Shown here piece by piece: positions 12,187-38,426 of a stretch of 64,000 nucleotides of DNA. The DNA is from Amoebidium appalachense (Eukaryota; Protista; Ichthyosporea). The first letter of the stretch is position 1, and each line of letters begins with the position of its first letter. The position numbers and the translations under genes were made by a program. Below the pieces are notes generated by a model, which saw only the letters and a program-made list of their open reading frames with translations, made no database searches and was not told where the DNA came from. Location of the stretch: assembly GCA_963693365.1 (NCBI GenBank), contig CAVNZM010000010.1, forward strand, positions 8,123,794 through 8,187,793. The letters are read 5' to 3'.

Positions 12187-12817
12187 CAGGCTGCAGGTCG
12201 GCCAGGTGGTTAAGGCGGTACTCGGCATCCTCCTCGTTGCGGGAGTTGAGCCACTCAACCATCTTGCGGTTGCTCTGTGCACAAAAGAGCAAAAGTTAGT
12301 GCACCTCCCTGTCTTAACTTAATATACTTCCCTGTTTTCATAGACAAAAAAAAAACACAAGTCGGTGCAATAGAAGTGTTTGAGATCTACAACTAGTTCG
12401 AAGATGGCATTGGCAAGAGGAAAGGGGGGAAGAGGGAGAAGGGGGGGAGGGGGGTGAGTGGGGTTCTCAGCTCTTCTTTCTTTCACAAGAATTATGGGTA
12501 GGGTATTTTTTCATTTTTAAGTATCGTTTCATTGTTTCTTTCCGCCTCCTTTTCGTTTGGGGAAGGAAGAGCTCTTGTGGGGTGGGAACAGCTATTTACA
12601 TTGAATTATGATCACCAACAGACACAGGCGAAGGGTATGGGCCACCCACGTGGTATATCTTCTTGCGCAGTTCATACTCTTTCTCTGATTTGTAGTTCTT
12701 GTTGTTTTCCTTGGTGAATTCCATAAACTCAACGTCCCCCGGCACTTGCAGGGTCACAGCAGCAGCTGCTGTGGAGGCCACAGTGGCCACAAGAAGTCCA
12801 GTTGCAAACCGAGTCAT
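7092..12817 (-). CDS. Papain-family (C1A) cysteine protease, cathepsin L/F-like preproenzyme, 12 exons
   Basis: Exons 12817-12650, 12274-12185, 11829-11732, 11274-11201, 10853-10710, 10380-10282, 9918-9830, 9544-9448, 9168-9074, 8291-8284, 7854-7806, 7139-7092. Signal peptide MTRFATGLLVATVASTAAA, I29-like prodomain (NHLADL), LPAEWDWR, catalytic Cys in QGSIGSCWAFS, His in LNHAVLIVGYG, Asn in YWIVKNSW, then WGESGYFRM and KCGI. All junctions are GT-AG except the acceptor at 10381-10382, which reads CG. Confidence 0.93.
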
Positions 12818-13449
12818 TTTCCTGGACAACAGATTGTGTTGTTAGTGGTTATGTTTGCTTATACGGGGAGATCTACTTCTACATACAGCTCTACTGTGAT
12901 AAAAGTTTAAAGATAAAAAGCAATGGGTTATAAACAAAAAATGATGCCATGTGTGCTACAACATAGGGCTGAGTAAGGCAACAATACAGAGCCAAGAGAC
13001 CAACGAGCAAGGCAGGAGGACACATGCACGACTAAGATCTTATAAGAATCTTGATATGGCAAACCAAGCATGCACGAACCCAGGCAATAACAGTAGCTGC
13101 CCAGCCATATACAGCTCTTGCAAAGACGAAACGAGTTGTGGAAGTTTTAGAGACGAATGGACGAGAAGCCGCTATACCACGATACAGCAAACATCGATAT
13201 TGCAGCACCACCACGCCACCATCTCTTACCTTGAAAAGTCCGAACTCTCAAACTAAGATTTCTCTAGAATAAAGAACGCTCACTGTATAATCTGAGAGTA
13301 TAATCTGAAATAGGTTTTTCTTGCTCTGTTCACCGAACACTCCTCTGACGTTGTGAGGCTCTGGCCGTGTGCTTGTGCTTTTGGTGGTTTCGAGGCATGT
13401 GCAAAGCGTTCCTGCGTCACTTGGTACAAAAAGCAAATGACTTTGACTG

Positions 13450-13700
13450 CGTGTTCCTATTGGTCTAGGCTTATCAAAAGCATCTCGGTGTTTGGATTTG
13501 CACCCTTTTTGGTTATTCAGCGAAAAGCATTAGCCAATCGCAATCTAAGCCTGTTGCGCGATATGATTGGTACATAGAGCACCGCATGACATAGTTACTA
13601 CCGCTTTAATTGGGTTATAATTGGTGAGCCAAACCGCAACCAATCGTAATCCCGCATGCCTACCCATTTTGGGGTACGTGAGCCGCTGACGTCACACAGC
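13450..13700. promoter_or_regulatory. Probable bidirectional promoter with a CCAAT-box cluster and a CRE site
   Basis: Lies between divergent ATGs at 12817 and 13956. CCAAT/ATTGG at 13459, 13534, 13566, 13609, 13620 and 13640; palindromic TGACGTCA at 13687-13694; the region is free of microsatellites. Confidence 0.55.
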
Positions 13701-13955
13701 ATGGCACACACAAACTGGTCTGGAGCGCCCGTGCACGTGTGCACACTTCCGAACTTATGTCGTTGGCTTCTGTGAATGCCCTGATTTTCTTATGTTATAT
13801 CGAGGTCACAGTTGGTTTGTGTCGTAGCAAAGTGGGGAAAGCGCTGTTTTAGAAATAGCTGGCAGCCTAGCACAGCTCTTAGGCACAACCCCTTTAGACG
13901 ATGGTTTGGCAGCGAGGCGTGTCTCGTTGAATAAACACACAGCTAAGTGTGGATT

Positions 13956-26076
<12,121 letters not shown>

Positions 26077-26230
26077 ACTTGATATGCACACGTTAACACA
26101 TGGCACGGTGGTATGCATGAATGACATATGTGATGAGATACAGGCACCTGAGCTGGAGTAGTCACCTGGTTTGTTTGAGCATGCAATCTTTTCTTTTCTT
26201 TTCTTTTCTTTTCTTTTTCTTTTTTTTTTT

Positions 26231-26268
<38 letters not shown>

Positions 26269-26285
26269 GACGGGGGGGAGGGGGA

Positions 26286-26326
<41 letters not shown>

Positions 26327-26340
26327 CAATATTATTAATA

Positions 26341-26429
26341 ACGAAAGTACGTATCATCACCATGTAGCGTAAAGGGTCAACACATGTACATGTATACACA
26401 ATGTATGCACTATCGATAGGGACTCCGGT

Positions 26430-26463
<34 letters not shown>

Positions 26464-27345
26464 CATGGATGTACGTAGGCAGGATGCTTGCATGCACGAA
26501 TGTGTTTGAACCTTCTCGAATGTTCACGTGCAGCCTGTGCACGTGGCCAGCATTCACCCAATGCACAGGGTTTTTACTTAGGGGCATAGACACACGATAC
26601 TACGTTTCCGCATCTACACGTCTAAGTGTCCGATCAAAATGAGCGTGTTTGTGCACCTCAAAATATCACCAATATGCTTATCCCTCCCGTAACGGTTGTA
26701 ACTACTGTCTTTCGGCAGCTAATATTAATGCCTTAGAATTCATACCATGGCCAGAAAATGCATAAACCTTACTTGTGTGGTATGTCTATGGTGACAAATA
26801 AGGATTTAAAAATTTGCTATGCTCAGGCCCAGCTGCCTTTTATGGTATGGGGATGAGTGTTGTCTATCGCTGTTCACTCAATCCTATCTTCCGATTGCCT
26901 TTTATGGAAGTGGAAAGGGATTTTACCGAAAATTTTGACGTAAAGGTTTTTAAATGTTTTTTAATGTTTTTTCGTGATCGCTTGACGTCAGATCACACTG
27001 TTATGCTGTTATCTAAACGTGTGTGTGCAGGGGGTATAAAAACACACTAACTGTGAAATTTTGATGCATTTTCTTCTCGCGGTTCCCGAGTTGTTGCATT
27101 TTTTATTTTTTGAAATGTGCATAATGTTATGCTCAAACCTGCATAACGTTATACAATTTTACTTAGTAAATGTAATTTTGAGTCTAAAAATTTCGTTAAA
27201 ATGCCTTTGGAGTGTCACGGTGTGTGCTCAATATCACACTTTATCGATAACATACACAATGATTGCCTTTTATGGCCGAATAGGTGTCACAGTGCACTAC
27301 TATTATAAATGCCATAATGACTGCCTCCTATGGTCGTGGCTTAGT
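26341..27345 (+). repeat. Diverged ~0.9-kb direct repeat, copy A (copy B at 42348-43185)
   Basis: Collinear shared blocks include acgaaagtac, acatgtacatgta, aaccttctcgaatgttcacgtgcagcc, cacgtggccagcattca, gtgtccgatcaaaatg, cttagaattcat and gtgtgtgctcaatatcacactttatcgataacat. Confidence 0.8.
26915..27207. mobile_element. AT-rich MITE with imperfect ~20-bp TIRs and 4-bp TSD (TGGA)
   Basis: tgga|aagggattttaccgaaaatt ... aatttcgttaaaatgcctt|tgga. The segment is absent from the paralogous repeat copy B. Confidence 0.7.
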
Positions 27346-27488
27346 TGTTAAATTTTATTTGTTTATATTTTTATTTATTTTGTGTGTGTGTGTTTGTGCA
27401 TGCGTGTATGTGTGTGTTTGTGCGTTTGTGTGTGTGTGTGTGTGTGTGTTTGTACATGTGTGTGTGTGTGTGTGTTGAGGGCGCGGGG

Positions 27489-27521
<33 letters not shown>

Positions 27522-27661
27522 GTCTGGGTGCCCACCGACATGTCGACAGGGTGTGGTGTCTGGGCATCGCGGCGGCTGTGAATGTTGAATACGCATTTAT
27601 GCCCACGCTGGGGGGAGATAGATTATGTAGTCGTCTGTGGGGTACACCGGTGGGTGGGGTT

Positions 27662-27742
<81 letters not shown>

Positions 27743-28191
27743 TCCGGATTATTGATCATTACTAGTGAGTTAGACGCTAAGGTTGAAAAAGTATACCCTC
27801 TCTCTGTCACATTCTATCTGCTGCTCTTCCACATTTATATATATATATATCTCCCATCAACTCACTGGCGCATACTCCCGGGTGTATCTATACACCCACT
27901 TTGCTGCTCAGTGTATTCAACACCGTGTTCACCTTTACCGAAAAACAAAGTGTTCTCTGGTACCACTTCCCAGTACATCCAGTCACAACCCTGGAAGTTC
28001 ATCTTTTTCTTCGTCTTTAAAACGGAAGAGGAAGAAGGGCGACGAAGTCGGGGACGGTGTTACCGCATGGGTCCAGCTTGGTGCACTATTGCGCTGGCCC
28101 CGAGGGGCATGTCAAGAGGGAGTCTCAAGAGGGAGGGAATATGTGCTGAAGTTTCCCGCCAAAACCCCCGCGGCCCTGCGGCCCCTAGGCC

Positions 28192-28533
28192 GCACATCTA
28201 GGATCTACTTAGCTGGAACGCTGGGCGGCACTTCTGAGACTCGAACAAATAGGCGGTTTGGACATGGTCGTGCGAAGGTGAGGTACCCTGCTGACTAGAA
28301 TCACCCCATAACTGAAATCACCACAACGCTAGTCAATGGTTTCTGCCACTATGCCATCCAAGCACATCTAGGATCTACTTATAGCTGGAACGCTGGGCGG
28401 CACTTCTGAGACTCGAACAAATAGGCGGTTTGGACATGGTCGTGTGAAGGTGAGGTACCCTGCTGACTAGAATCACCCCATAACTGAAATCACCACAACG
28501 CTAGTCAATGGTTTCTGCCACTATGCCATCCAA
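28192..28533 (+). repeat. Recent ~170-bp tandem duplication
   Basis: 28192-28361 and 28362-28533 are nearly identical (gcacatctaggatctactt...ctatgccatccaa), differing by a 2-nt indel and a substitution. Confidence 0.9.
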
Positions 28534-30057
28534 GCCAAAAGGCCCGGAAAGCAGCAAGTTCGGAGGAAGAAATGTGCCGAAACCAGCGGATATTACGCCA
28601 AAAGGCCATGCAAGTGCGCTTTTTTGACTACAACCCACACTTTAGCCTTACAAGATGGCCAGACAAAGTGTTAGCGACAGTTTTTTCGCTTCTGCCAACC
28701 GAGTCTCTTAGACCACTCTTCTTAGCGTCCAGGACAAAAGACAGGGTCATTAGCAAGTTTCTCAAATGGCGCATCCTTTACGAGCGGCTGCGTCTAAAAC
28801 GCCGCCCATTACCTGCCCCACCACCCCCCGGCACACAGCCAACAGGTCCGACACCCTCCGCCGTTCTGCTTGAAAATGGGTTACAGTTCCCAGCACAACA
28901 GCACGATTCACCTTTTGTGGGCACATCAAACGTTCGACAGCTTCATTGCAGCTGTGCTCAACGGTCGAGCTTTTGATGTTCGGTCCCTTCTTACTGGAGA
29001 ACACCAACAGCATCCACACAACACAGCAGACCTCCAGCTTCTCGCCTCTACTTTCCTTCTTGCGAAAACCCCGTCCGATATGGTGTCGCTAATCAACAAA
29101 GCATGCGCCGGCCAAACGGGCATGGCTATCCATGAGGTGCTGGAGCTGGTTTACCGGCTTCTGTGTTGGTTGGAGAGGGACGCGGGACGAGATGAGGGCC
29201 ACAACCCGAACGAGAGCAAGTCCCTGTCGCTTATCATCGAAACCGCACTGCATTGTTACCAAAGCTACTCCAACCGTCACCTTCAGCCGAAGCCGAGCAG
29301 CCAAACTAGCAAACCCGAATTCTGTCTGACAAGCGAGCAAAGGCTTTAGTTATCGTGTCTACGTCTGTTGGGCCCGGTGAGACCATGAGAGTCAAAGCCT
29401 TTGCAGGTTAGTCGTCTTGTTCCTTTCTTTCTCCCCCCCCCATACTTATCCCTCTTCAGCTCCTTCGTTCACTTTGCTTGCATGCTTAGTTTTTCCAGTG
29501 TTCTGTGAGTATGCAAGTGCACGCCTTCTTGCTGCTAGGTATAGTTGCTCCTAGTTAAGGATAAACGAAAATCCAAGGAACTGACCCCATCTTGTTAGAA
29601 GTTCTTGTTTGATGCCTGGATGTTATGTGGAAGGAAAAAGAAGGAGCAAGGCGAAAGGGGATGGACGGATGGGGGAGAGGGCAGGTCGGGGGGGAGGGGG
29701 GGGGGGGGGGAGGGGGAGGGGGGAGGGGGGGGAAGGGACGGGGGAAAAGGGGGATATTGATGTAAACCTTTTCTGCTCTAAAGCAAAAGGAGGTAATTTA
29801 GAACGATAGTGTTACATGGGAGTGGGGCTTATGTAGACGGTCGAAGGAGAGGCTGGCCGCCTTGGGGGTGTCTGGCTAGTAAAAGGACTACGATAAAGAG
29901 ATTCCAGAAGAGGGGAGAGATGGAAGGTGGGGCTGAAGGCCACTCAGCGTTTGACATACAGGGGACAATATGAATGTGCTGTGGCAGGGCTGATGCAAGG
30001 GGAGGGAGGAGGAGGGGAGTGTAGGCAAGCAAGGAGGGTTTGAGGGATGTGTATTGA

Positions 30058-30090
<33 letters not shown>

Positions 30091-30869
30091 AAGAACTTTG
30101 AGAGCAGCCACGAGGGGCAGAGGAAACCTTGGTGTACATGAGTGTTTTTGGAGTGCATGGTTACACAGTGCACCCATGCTTGCCTGTATGCTTATTCGGG
30201 TGCAACATTCACTCTGTACACAGGCACAGGCAAGACGTTCACCCTCCTGCAGTATGCACACGCACAAATCAAGGAGCAGAAAAAGAGAGTGCTCTACATG
30301 GTTTTCAACAAGGCCCTGCAACAGGAGACGGAGGCAAAGGGAAGGGCCATGCGTCTTGGCTACAGCTTTCAATGCAAAACATACAACACAGCAGCGTACT
30401 ACTATCTCCACTATCATGTTGGCCCCCTTCCCTTCCCCCCGTCCTGATTACAGCTTCCCCCCCCCCCATCCCTCCCCCCTCCGCCTTCGCCTTATCCCAG
30501 CCCCCTATTTCCTCCCCCCTCCCCCTTCCTCTCCCCTCCTTCGTCCTCTCCCCCGGTTTTCCTCAGGCCCTTCTCTCGGTCTCTCTCTGTCGCTCTGTCT
30601 TTTTTTTTCTTCCTTGCCCCAATCATGTTTCTCCTGTGCTCTCGCGCTCACCTCTCTCTCTCTCTCTCTCTCTCCACTCTCTTTCCCTACCTCTCCCTCC
30701 CCCTCTCTTCCTCTCCCCCCCCCCCCCCCCCCCCCCCTCCCCTCTGCCACCTTCCCCCCCTCCCCCCCCCCCCCCCCTTCAGAAATTCTTCTATAGTTCG
30801 CATCCATCTCACCCCCGGAGCCCTGCCCCCACTTCCATGTTCTTGTCCTGATTTAGCAAATTATCCCCC

Positions 30870-30940
<71 letters not shown>

Positions 30941-31192
30941 AATACCCTCATTCTCCCACCGTCGATAAGTGACTAGGCAATGAGCTGAAACGAGGGGGAA
31001 AGGGGAGCGGTGGGAAGAAGACAGTAACAGGGCAAATCACACAATTCTCATGCATCTCACCAGAGTAGTTGGCTTACACGGTCTTACGGGCCAAAAGTAA
31101 CTTGTTGACACACAAGGGTTCAATATTTGACACAGGAACAACACGGAAATTCAAAGAGACTTGAGGGTTGGGGTATGTGTGAGAGGGGGGTT

Positions 31193-31225
<33 letters not shown>

Positions 31226-32186
31226 TGTGGTGTGTAGAAGGGGAGCAAGGAGGCAGGAGGGTGCGGCAGCTGCGGGGAGCGAATGGGGGAGTAGGGGCAA
31301 GCAGCAGCTACACCATTATCCGTAGGGAAACTTTGGTTCTGGATGTTTGTGTGTGCCTGTAAGGATGGGAGGAGGAAGGGGGAGGAGAGGGGGGGGGGGG
31401 GGGGGGGAGGGGAGGGAGGGGGCACAGGCTGGGCGTGTGGATGGTGGGCTTTGTAAGGGGAGATGTGTTGTTTTGTTTGGTAGCATTCACACCTGTTTCC
31501 CTCCACACAACCGGTTGGTGGTTTGTGGGGGAGAAGACAGGAGTGAATGTAAAAACCATACAAAGCAACACTTCTCCCCTTACAAATATTAACCCCATCA
31601 CACCTACCATACACACGCCCAACATGCGCCCCTACCCCTCTTCCCATCCCCGCCCACCCACCCACCCTATTCCATCCCACCAACACTCATAAACACACAC
31701 ACAAAGTTATGTCACAGTAAACATTTGCACAGAAACATCTACTTTATTATGACCCCCCCCCCCCCCCCCCCCCCCCTTCCCCTCCCCCTCCCCCATCCCC
31801 CCCCCCCCCCCCCCCCCCCCTGCCCGCCCGCCCCGCCCGGCCTTCCCCCTATGCTCTTATAAAACAAGTTAACCATCTGCACGTGGTCAAGCAGGAACAT
31901 CCGCTGAGAGTAAAACTCGGCAGGGGTAAAGGCAGCAACAACAGAGACTATAGCCAAGACGACACAACCAGATCATCCCAGGAAAACCAAGCAGACGGGA
32001 ACATGAGCCTCACGGGTGCACACGTAAAGGAGATACTGGGCAACGAGTACAGGGACTTTGAGAGCAGAGTGCAGTTCGAGGTTGGTTGATGCTGCTTCGA
32101 AACTTGCATTCCTTGTACCTTCTCCTGGTACACTTAGTGCTTATTTATCTCACGTCACACTCTGTCTTGGTTCCTCGACCATCCCC

Positions 32187-32218
<32 letters not shown>

Positions 32219-32802
32219 AAAAATAAAAAATCCTCCCCCTCCGATCGTCATCCCCCCCCCCCCCCCCCCCCCCCCCTCCCTCCCCCAGATCCCCAGCAAA
32301 GAAAACACAACAGCCATCATTTCCAAACCAATTCCCTTGCAGCGCCATCTAGTCATTTCTACCTCACTTGTTGCCCCTCTTTCCCCCTTTTCTTTTCCCC
32401 CTTTCTCTCCCCCTTCTCACCCTCAACTCCTTCGTCCCCTACTCCTATGTATGCCACGAATGCTCAATTTGTTTCATTTTGGCGCTGAGTCCTCCTGGTA
32501 GCCATCCTCGAATAGTGTGAACAGGCTTATCAGTGCCGTCCATGCTCTGGATTTATGGCCTCAAACCCCCTTGCACATCACTTTTCAGTCAGAAGCAATG
32601 CAACTTACTGATTTTGTTCCTCCTTTCCTGGTTTCCTTCCCCTGCCCCCCCCCCCCCCCCCCCCCCCCCTCCCCCCCCTCTCGATCCCCCCCATCCTTTC
32701 CATTTCCCCACTCTGCCTCCATGCCCCCCCCCCCTCTCTCCCTGCTCCCTGCCCTGCTCCCTGCCCTCCCCCCCCCCCCCCCCCCCCTGCTCCCTCAACA
32801 TT

Positions 32803-32872
<70 letters not shown>

Positions 32873-33160
32873 ATACCCCACACCCACAGACTCAACGCGA
32901 GAAACCACCCCCGGCCAAGGTCTAGACAATGTTGTTCAGATAGTGCAACGATTCATGCAGAGCAAACCAGGAAATAACCACCAAGCACGTGCCCAAAAGA
33001 ATCGAGCGGTGGCACGATGAAAAGTGCACGGCCATACCCTATCATGAGGTGCCGTACCTCATGTGGGCTAAGACCGTGTGGGCGGCAATGACTGACCCCC
33101 ATTCCAAAGCACCGCTTACCTGTGACGCTCAAATAACGGTTATGCAGCTGGATGGTAGTT

Positions 33161-33195
<35 letters not shown>

Positions 33196-33766
33196 ACACA
33201 CACACACATACACCCCACCCTCCTCCCCCTCCCCCCTTCCCCCCAGGGGAACACAGTACTACAATCTAGAATCACACACACGCACAAGCACACGAAAGCT
33301 TTGAAGGGCATGCCAACAAAAGAAACAAGTGTTTTTTCACACACACACGCACACACACACACACACACACACACCTTTTACCCAGACCGTGCTAGCGCTT
33401 ATTCACAAGCACGCAACTAAAAACAACCGAGTGATAGTTTTTGTTTGCAAAATAGGGACAAGGGGAGGAGGGGAGGTAAGGAGTCGTATTCTAGAGGTGG
33501 AGTAAATGAAAAGTGGGCCGGGCAGTGTGTATCAGTCCCCCCTTCCCCTGCCCTCCCTCTCCCCTGGGATGAAGCATTTGCAGATGACTGGGCACCACTG
33601 TTGCCTTGTGCCTCCCCCCCCCCCCCCCCCCCCCCCCCCCCTGTCGCCTCACTTTGTGCCATGGCAAAAACTAACCGAGTATTTGGGCACAGGCAAAGTG
33701 CTGCCGTACAGGGGTAACATCATTATGCTTGACGAGGCTCAGTTGTGTGTCTGTCGGTTTTTTTTG

Positions 33767-33831
<65 letters not shown>

Positions 33832-33954
33832 GGGGGGAGGGGGTGGGGGGGGAGGGGTGGATGGCTGTTGCTGCTGTCCTGGAAGGTGTGTGGGCATTGG
33901 TTATGTATGTTCGATAGGTTGAGAGAGAATGCAGTGCATGTGTGTGCGCGCTTG

Positions 33955-34190
33955 TGTGTATGTGTGTATTGGGTGTGCGCCTATGTACTTACATGTGTGT
34001 GTGTGTATTGGGTGTACGCCTATGTACTTATATGTGTGTGTGTGTGTTGGGTGTGCGCCTATGTACTTATATGTGTGTGTGTGTATTGGGTGTGCGCCTA
34101 TGTACTTATATGTGTGTGTGTGTATTGGGTGTGCGCCTATGTACTTATATGTGTGTGTGTGTATTGGGTGTGCGCCTATGTACTTATGTG
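33955..34190. repeat. Minisatellite, 39-bp unit, about 6 copies
   Basis: t(a/g)ttgggtgtgcgcctatgtacttatatgtgtgtgtgtg starts at 33967, 34006, 34045, 34084, 34123 and 34162. Confidence 0.9.
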
Positions 34191-34672
34191 TGTGTGTGCG
34201 CACATGTGTGCTGACTCAGCTATGCTAGAGTTACCGTGATTTAAAATGCAACGGTATTTACAGGGGTCAAGGAAGGGAAAGAAGGAGTGGTAGAAGGGGG
34301 GACAAGGAGGGGGGGGGGGGGGGGAGGGGGGGGGCAAGCACATGTGGGCTGGCATGCACACTGTCTGTCCCTTCACGTTTCCTTACTTTTCATATGGAGC
34401 CCCGGTTATTAATAGCAGTGGATCAGGAATGTGCATATGCTATAACTCGCATACACCTTCATGCAAAACACACACAAGCACGTACACATGAACACACCCA
34501 CACACACACAACGAGCAACAACTCAGTCACCAAACACCCCATGCCCCTTTTCTGTTCCTAGCCCACTCCGCTCCTCAACTTTCCCCTTCTCTCCTCCACC
34601 TGAAAACACACGCACTAGCATGAAACAAAGCTCACACACACACACATACACTCACATACACACACACCCACC

Positions 34673-34705
<33 letters not shown>

Positions 34706-34795
34706 GCACGCAGACACACACACATACACAGATACACACAATACGAGTAGTTTGACATGGCAGAAGATATTGAAAGCGGGCTTATTGCCATGTAC

Positions 34796-34833
<38 letters not shown>

Positions 34834-35621
34834 CCCCTCCCTTCTCCCTCCCTCCTCACCTGCCCATTCACTCTCCCCCTCCCCCCCCCCCCCCTCCTCC
34901 CCTCTCACCTCCCCCTCTACCCTTCTAGTCCCTCTCTCCTCACCCACATTCACCACCGACCCACTGACCCCCGGTCCCTTTCCCCTCTCACCATTTCCTC
35001 CTTACCCCCCCCCCCCCCAAAAAAAAAAAAAAAAAAGAAAAAAAAAACCAACCTGCCCATACTACCCCCCCCCCCCCCCCCCCTCTCCCCCCTCCCACTT
35101 TTTTGTTTTTCCTCCTAGGATGCTACCGAAGCCATTCTTGACGTTCTGGAGGGCCAAAACGTCGGGTTGATCCTTGTGGGTGACCCACACCAGCAACTGT
35201 ACAGGTGGAGAGGTGCAGTGGATGCTATGGAAAAGGCAAACAGCAAACGAATCAAACGAGACCTTACCCTCTCAACCTCTTTTCGTTTTGGTTATGCCGT
35301 GGCGGGGGTGGCGAATGCCTTGTTGTCGTTGTACAAGAATGAGAGGACACCCGTGCTGGGGTATGGGTGGTGTGACACGATGGTGGTTGGCAACGGTGCT
35401 TCTTATGCCCAAGGTTTGTGTGTGTGTGGGTGTGTGTGTGTGTGTGTGGGGTGGGTGGGTGGGTGGGTGGGTGGGTGGGTGGGTGGGTGGGTGAGTGTGT
35501 GTGTGTGTTGTGTGTGTTTTGTGTTTCTGTGTGTGTGTGTCTGTTTGGTTGTTTGGGGAAGGGGGTGGAGGGGGCATGTGTGGCCTTTGGAGAGTGAGTA
35601 TGTGGTTGTGGCTTGGCTCGA

Positions 35622-35740
<119 letters not shown>

Positions 35741-36180
35741 GTGGTGTTGGTGAAAGGAGAGGATGTTCTTAACCTTTTTTTTTATGGTGTATATCATTGG
35801 GAGAAAAAAGGGCGCTGGGTCCGGGGGGGGGGAGATATGATTGTCGATTCAAGCATTTTTTTCTGAAACTTAGGCCATTACAGAGAGCCGTCAAGTGACC
35901 ATAGTGTGCCGATCGAACCGTGGGGTGTTTGAGCAACTATGTGCCAACCACCGCGCAGGCAAGAGGGTTTGCATCAAAGGCAACGTCAAGCTGGACACGT
36001 TCTCGAGGCAGGTGGGTGGGACAGGCAGAAGCACTTGCTTGAATAGCGTAAACACATGCATGTGCACACACACACATGTATATGTTACATGTCCACAAGA
36101 CATAAACTCTCGTGCGTGCATAAGTAAACATACACATGCACGTGCGCTTGTAAATACACACGCACGTAGCGTGCGCGCAA

Positions 36181-36268
<88 letters not shown>

Positions 36269-36269
36269 T

Positions 36270-36301
<32 letters not shown>

Positions 36302-36310
36302 CACACTCAC

Positions 36311-36850
<540 letters not shown>

Positions 36851-36937
36851 ATGCTGAGGGTGCAAACGAGCAGCAATGCAATCATCCATGTAGATCTTTC
36901 ATTCAAATAATCTGCAACACGTGCCACGTGTGTTGTA

Positions 36938-37434
36938 CAGTCACCGACATGAAGCTTCCGCCAATCACAGAGCCTAATTCGGCCCTCCGTACGTGATCTT
37001 CATCCAATCGAACAGGATTAGATCTATGGAAATCGACGCTCATTGGCTTGGCTGTGGAAAAAAGCAGAGGGAATGGGAATGTCGCATTGTGAGGGGGCAA
37101 AAAAAGGAGGCGCGGGCGCCAACCGTGGCGTTGAAAGCTTACATGTTTGGAAGCCCTAAAGGCCAGAACTGGCTACAAAAAAGCTTGTATGCTTAGTTAT
37201 GTTATCATTTTGTGATGCCAAGAACAAAAGTTATCGCCAATAGTGATTTAATAGGTCCAAAATAGTGCCCCGATATAATGCAGATAAAATCGAGCGGATT
37301 GTAACCAATCAAATCTTCAATGGAATTTGCCCCCGCTCATTCTAATAAGGCGCTGCACTGATACTGGCCAAATCAAAACGCTTAATTTTTGTTTACATAG
37401 GTTGTGATTGGCGGAAGCTTCATGTCGGTGACTG
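36938..37434. mobile_element. Tc1/mariner-type MITE (32-bp perfect TIR, TA TSD)
   Basis: ta|cagtcaccgacatgaagcttccgccaatcaca ... tgtgattggcggaagcttcatgtcggtgactg|ta; no internal ORF. Confidence 0.9.
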
Positions 37435-37633
37435 TAGGGTACGGCTTGCTTTGAAGTTTCCCCTGTCGGTCGGTTTCTAACACACACATATACAGTTTGA
37501 CGACGTGTACGTGGTCTACAAGGGGAAGCAACCTTCCAAAAGTTTCAAGCACAAGACACGCTCCTGGATAGCACTCGTCCGAACTGCAGAGGAGGAGGAG
37601 GATGGCGATCTGCTGGTACGTGTGTGCGTGTGC

Positions 37634-37753
<120 letters not shown>

Positions 37754-38259
37754 GACCCGTGTGTGTGTGTGGACTCGTATGTGGACTTGTGTGTGTGTGC
37801 GTGTGCGCACATCGCTGTATGTGTTCGTGTGTGTAGCTGTTTGTGTGTGTAGCTGTGGGTGTGTGTAGGCGTGTGGGTGGGTGTCATTGAAGAGGGGGAG
37901 AGGGTGGGAGAGGCAGGAAATTTTGTGTGTGGTCTAGGAGAGGTATGAACGTTGGTGCAGGTGGATGTGGGAGATGTTCCTTTTTGTGGTTTTTTTTTCT
38001 TTTTTTTTTTTTTTTTTGGTGGGGGGGGGGGGGGGGGGGGGAGAAGGGGGGGGGGGGGATTATTTTCCAAGAACGAGAGTAAAAAAAGTAAATCAATGCG
38101 AAAGGGCTGCACGAAACACTACAGGGAGGGCGGGACGGGAAAACGAGGGCAGGGGGTTGCAACGGGACTGCTAGTGATGAGGGGAAACACATTCTGTGCG
38201 TGGGTGTGGGCACAGGCACGGGGAAGAGGAGATCCAATTGCAAATAGTCACATAGTAGA

Positions 38260-38426
38260 ATTATATCATGTGTATCTAATAGTCACTTAATAGAACTTTT
38301 AATATTATCATATCATGTGCATCTAATAGTCACTTAATAAACTATTAATATTATCATATCATGTTCATCTAATAATCACTTAATAGAACTATTAATATCA
38401 TTATATCATGTGCATCTAATAGTCAC
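38260..38426. repeat. AT-rich minisatellite, ~44-bp unit, about 4 copies
   Basis: tatcatgtgcatctaatagtcacttaatagaactattaata is repeated immediately upstream of the acceptor at 38448. Confidence 0.85.

Noticed and set aside
29340-29350. TAG in the FBH1-like gene as stop-codon reassignment or readthrough
   Set aside because: Homology continues in a different frame, so this is an indel. Other genes here end in TAG or TAA normally.
33955-34190. CRISPR-like periodicity (39-bp unit); likewise 38260-38426
   Set aside because: The units are head-to-tail with no unique spacers, there are no cas genes, and the context is a eukaryotic intron.
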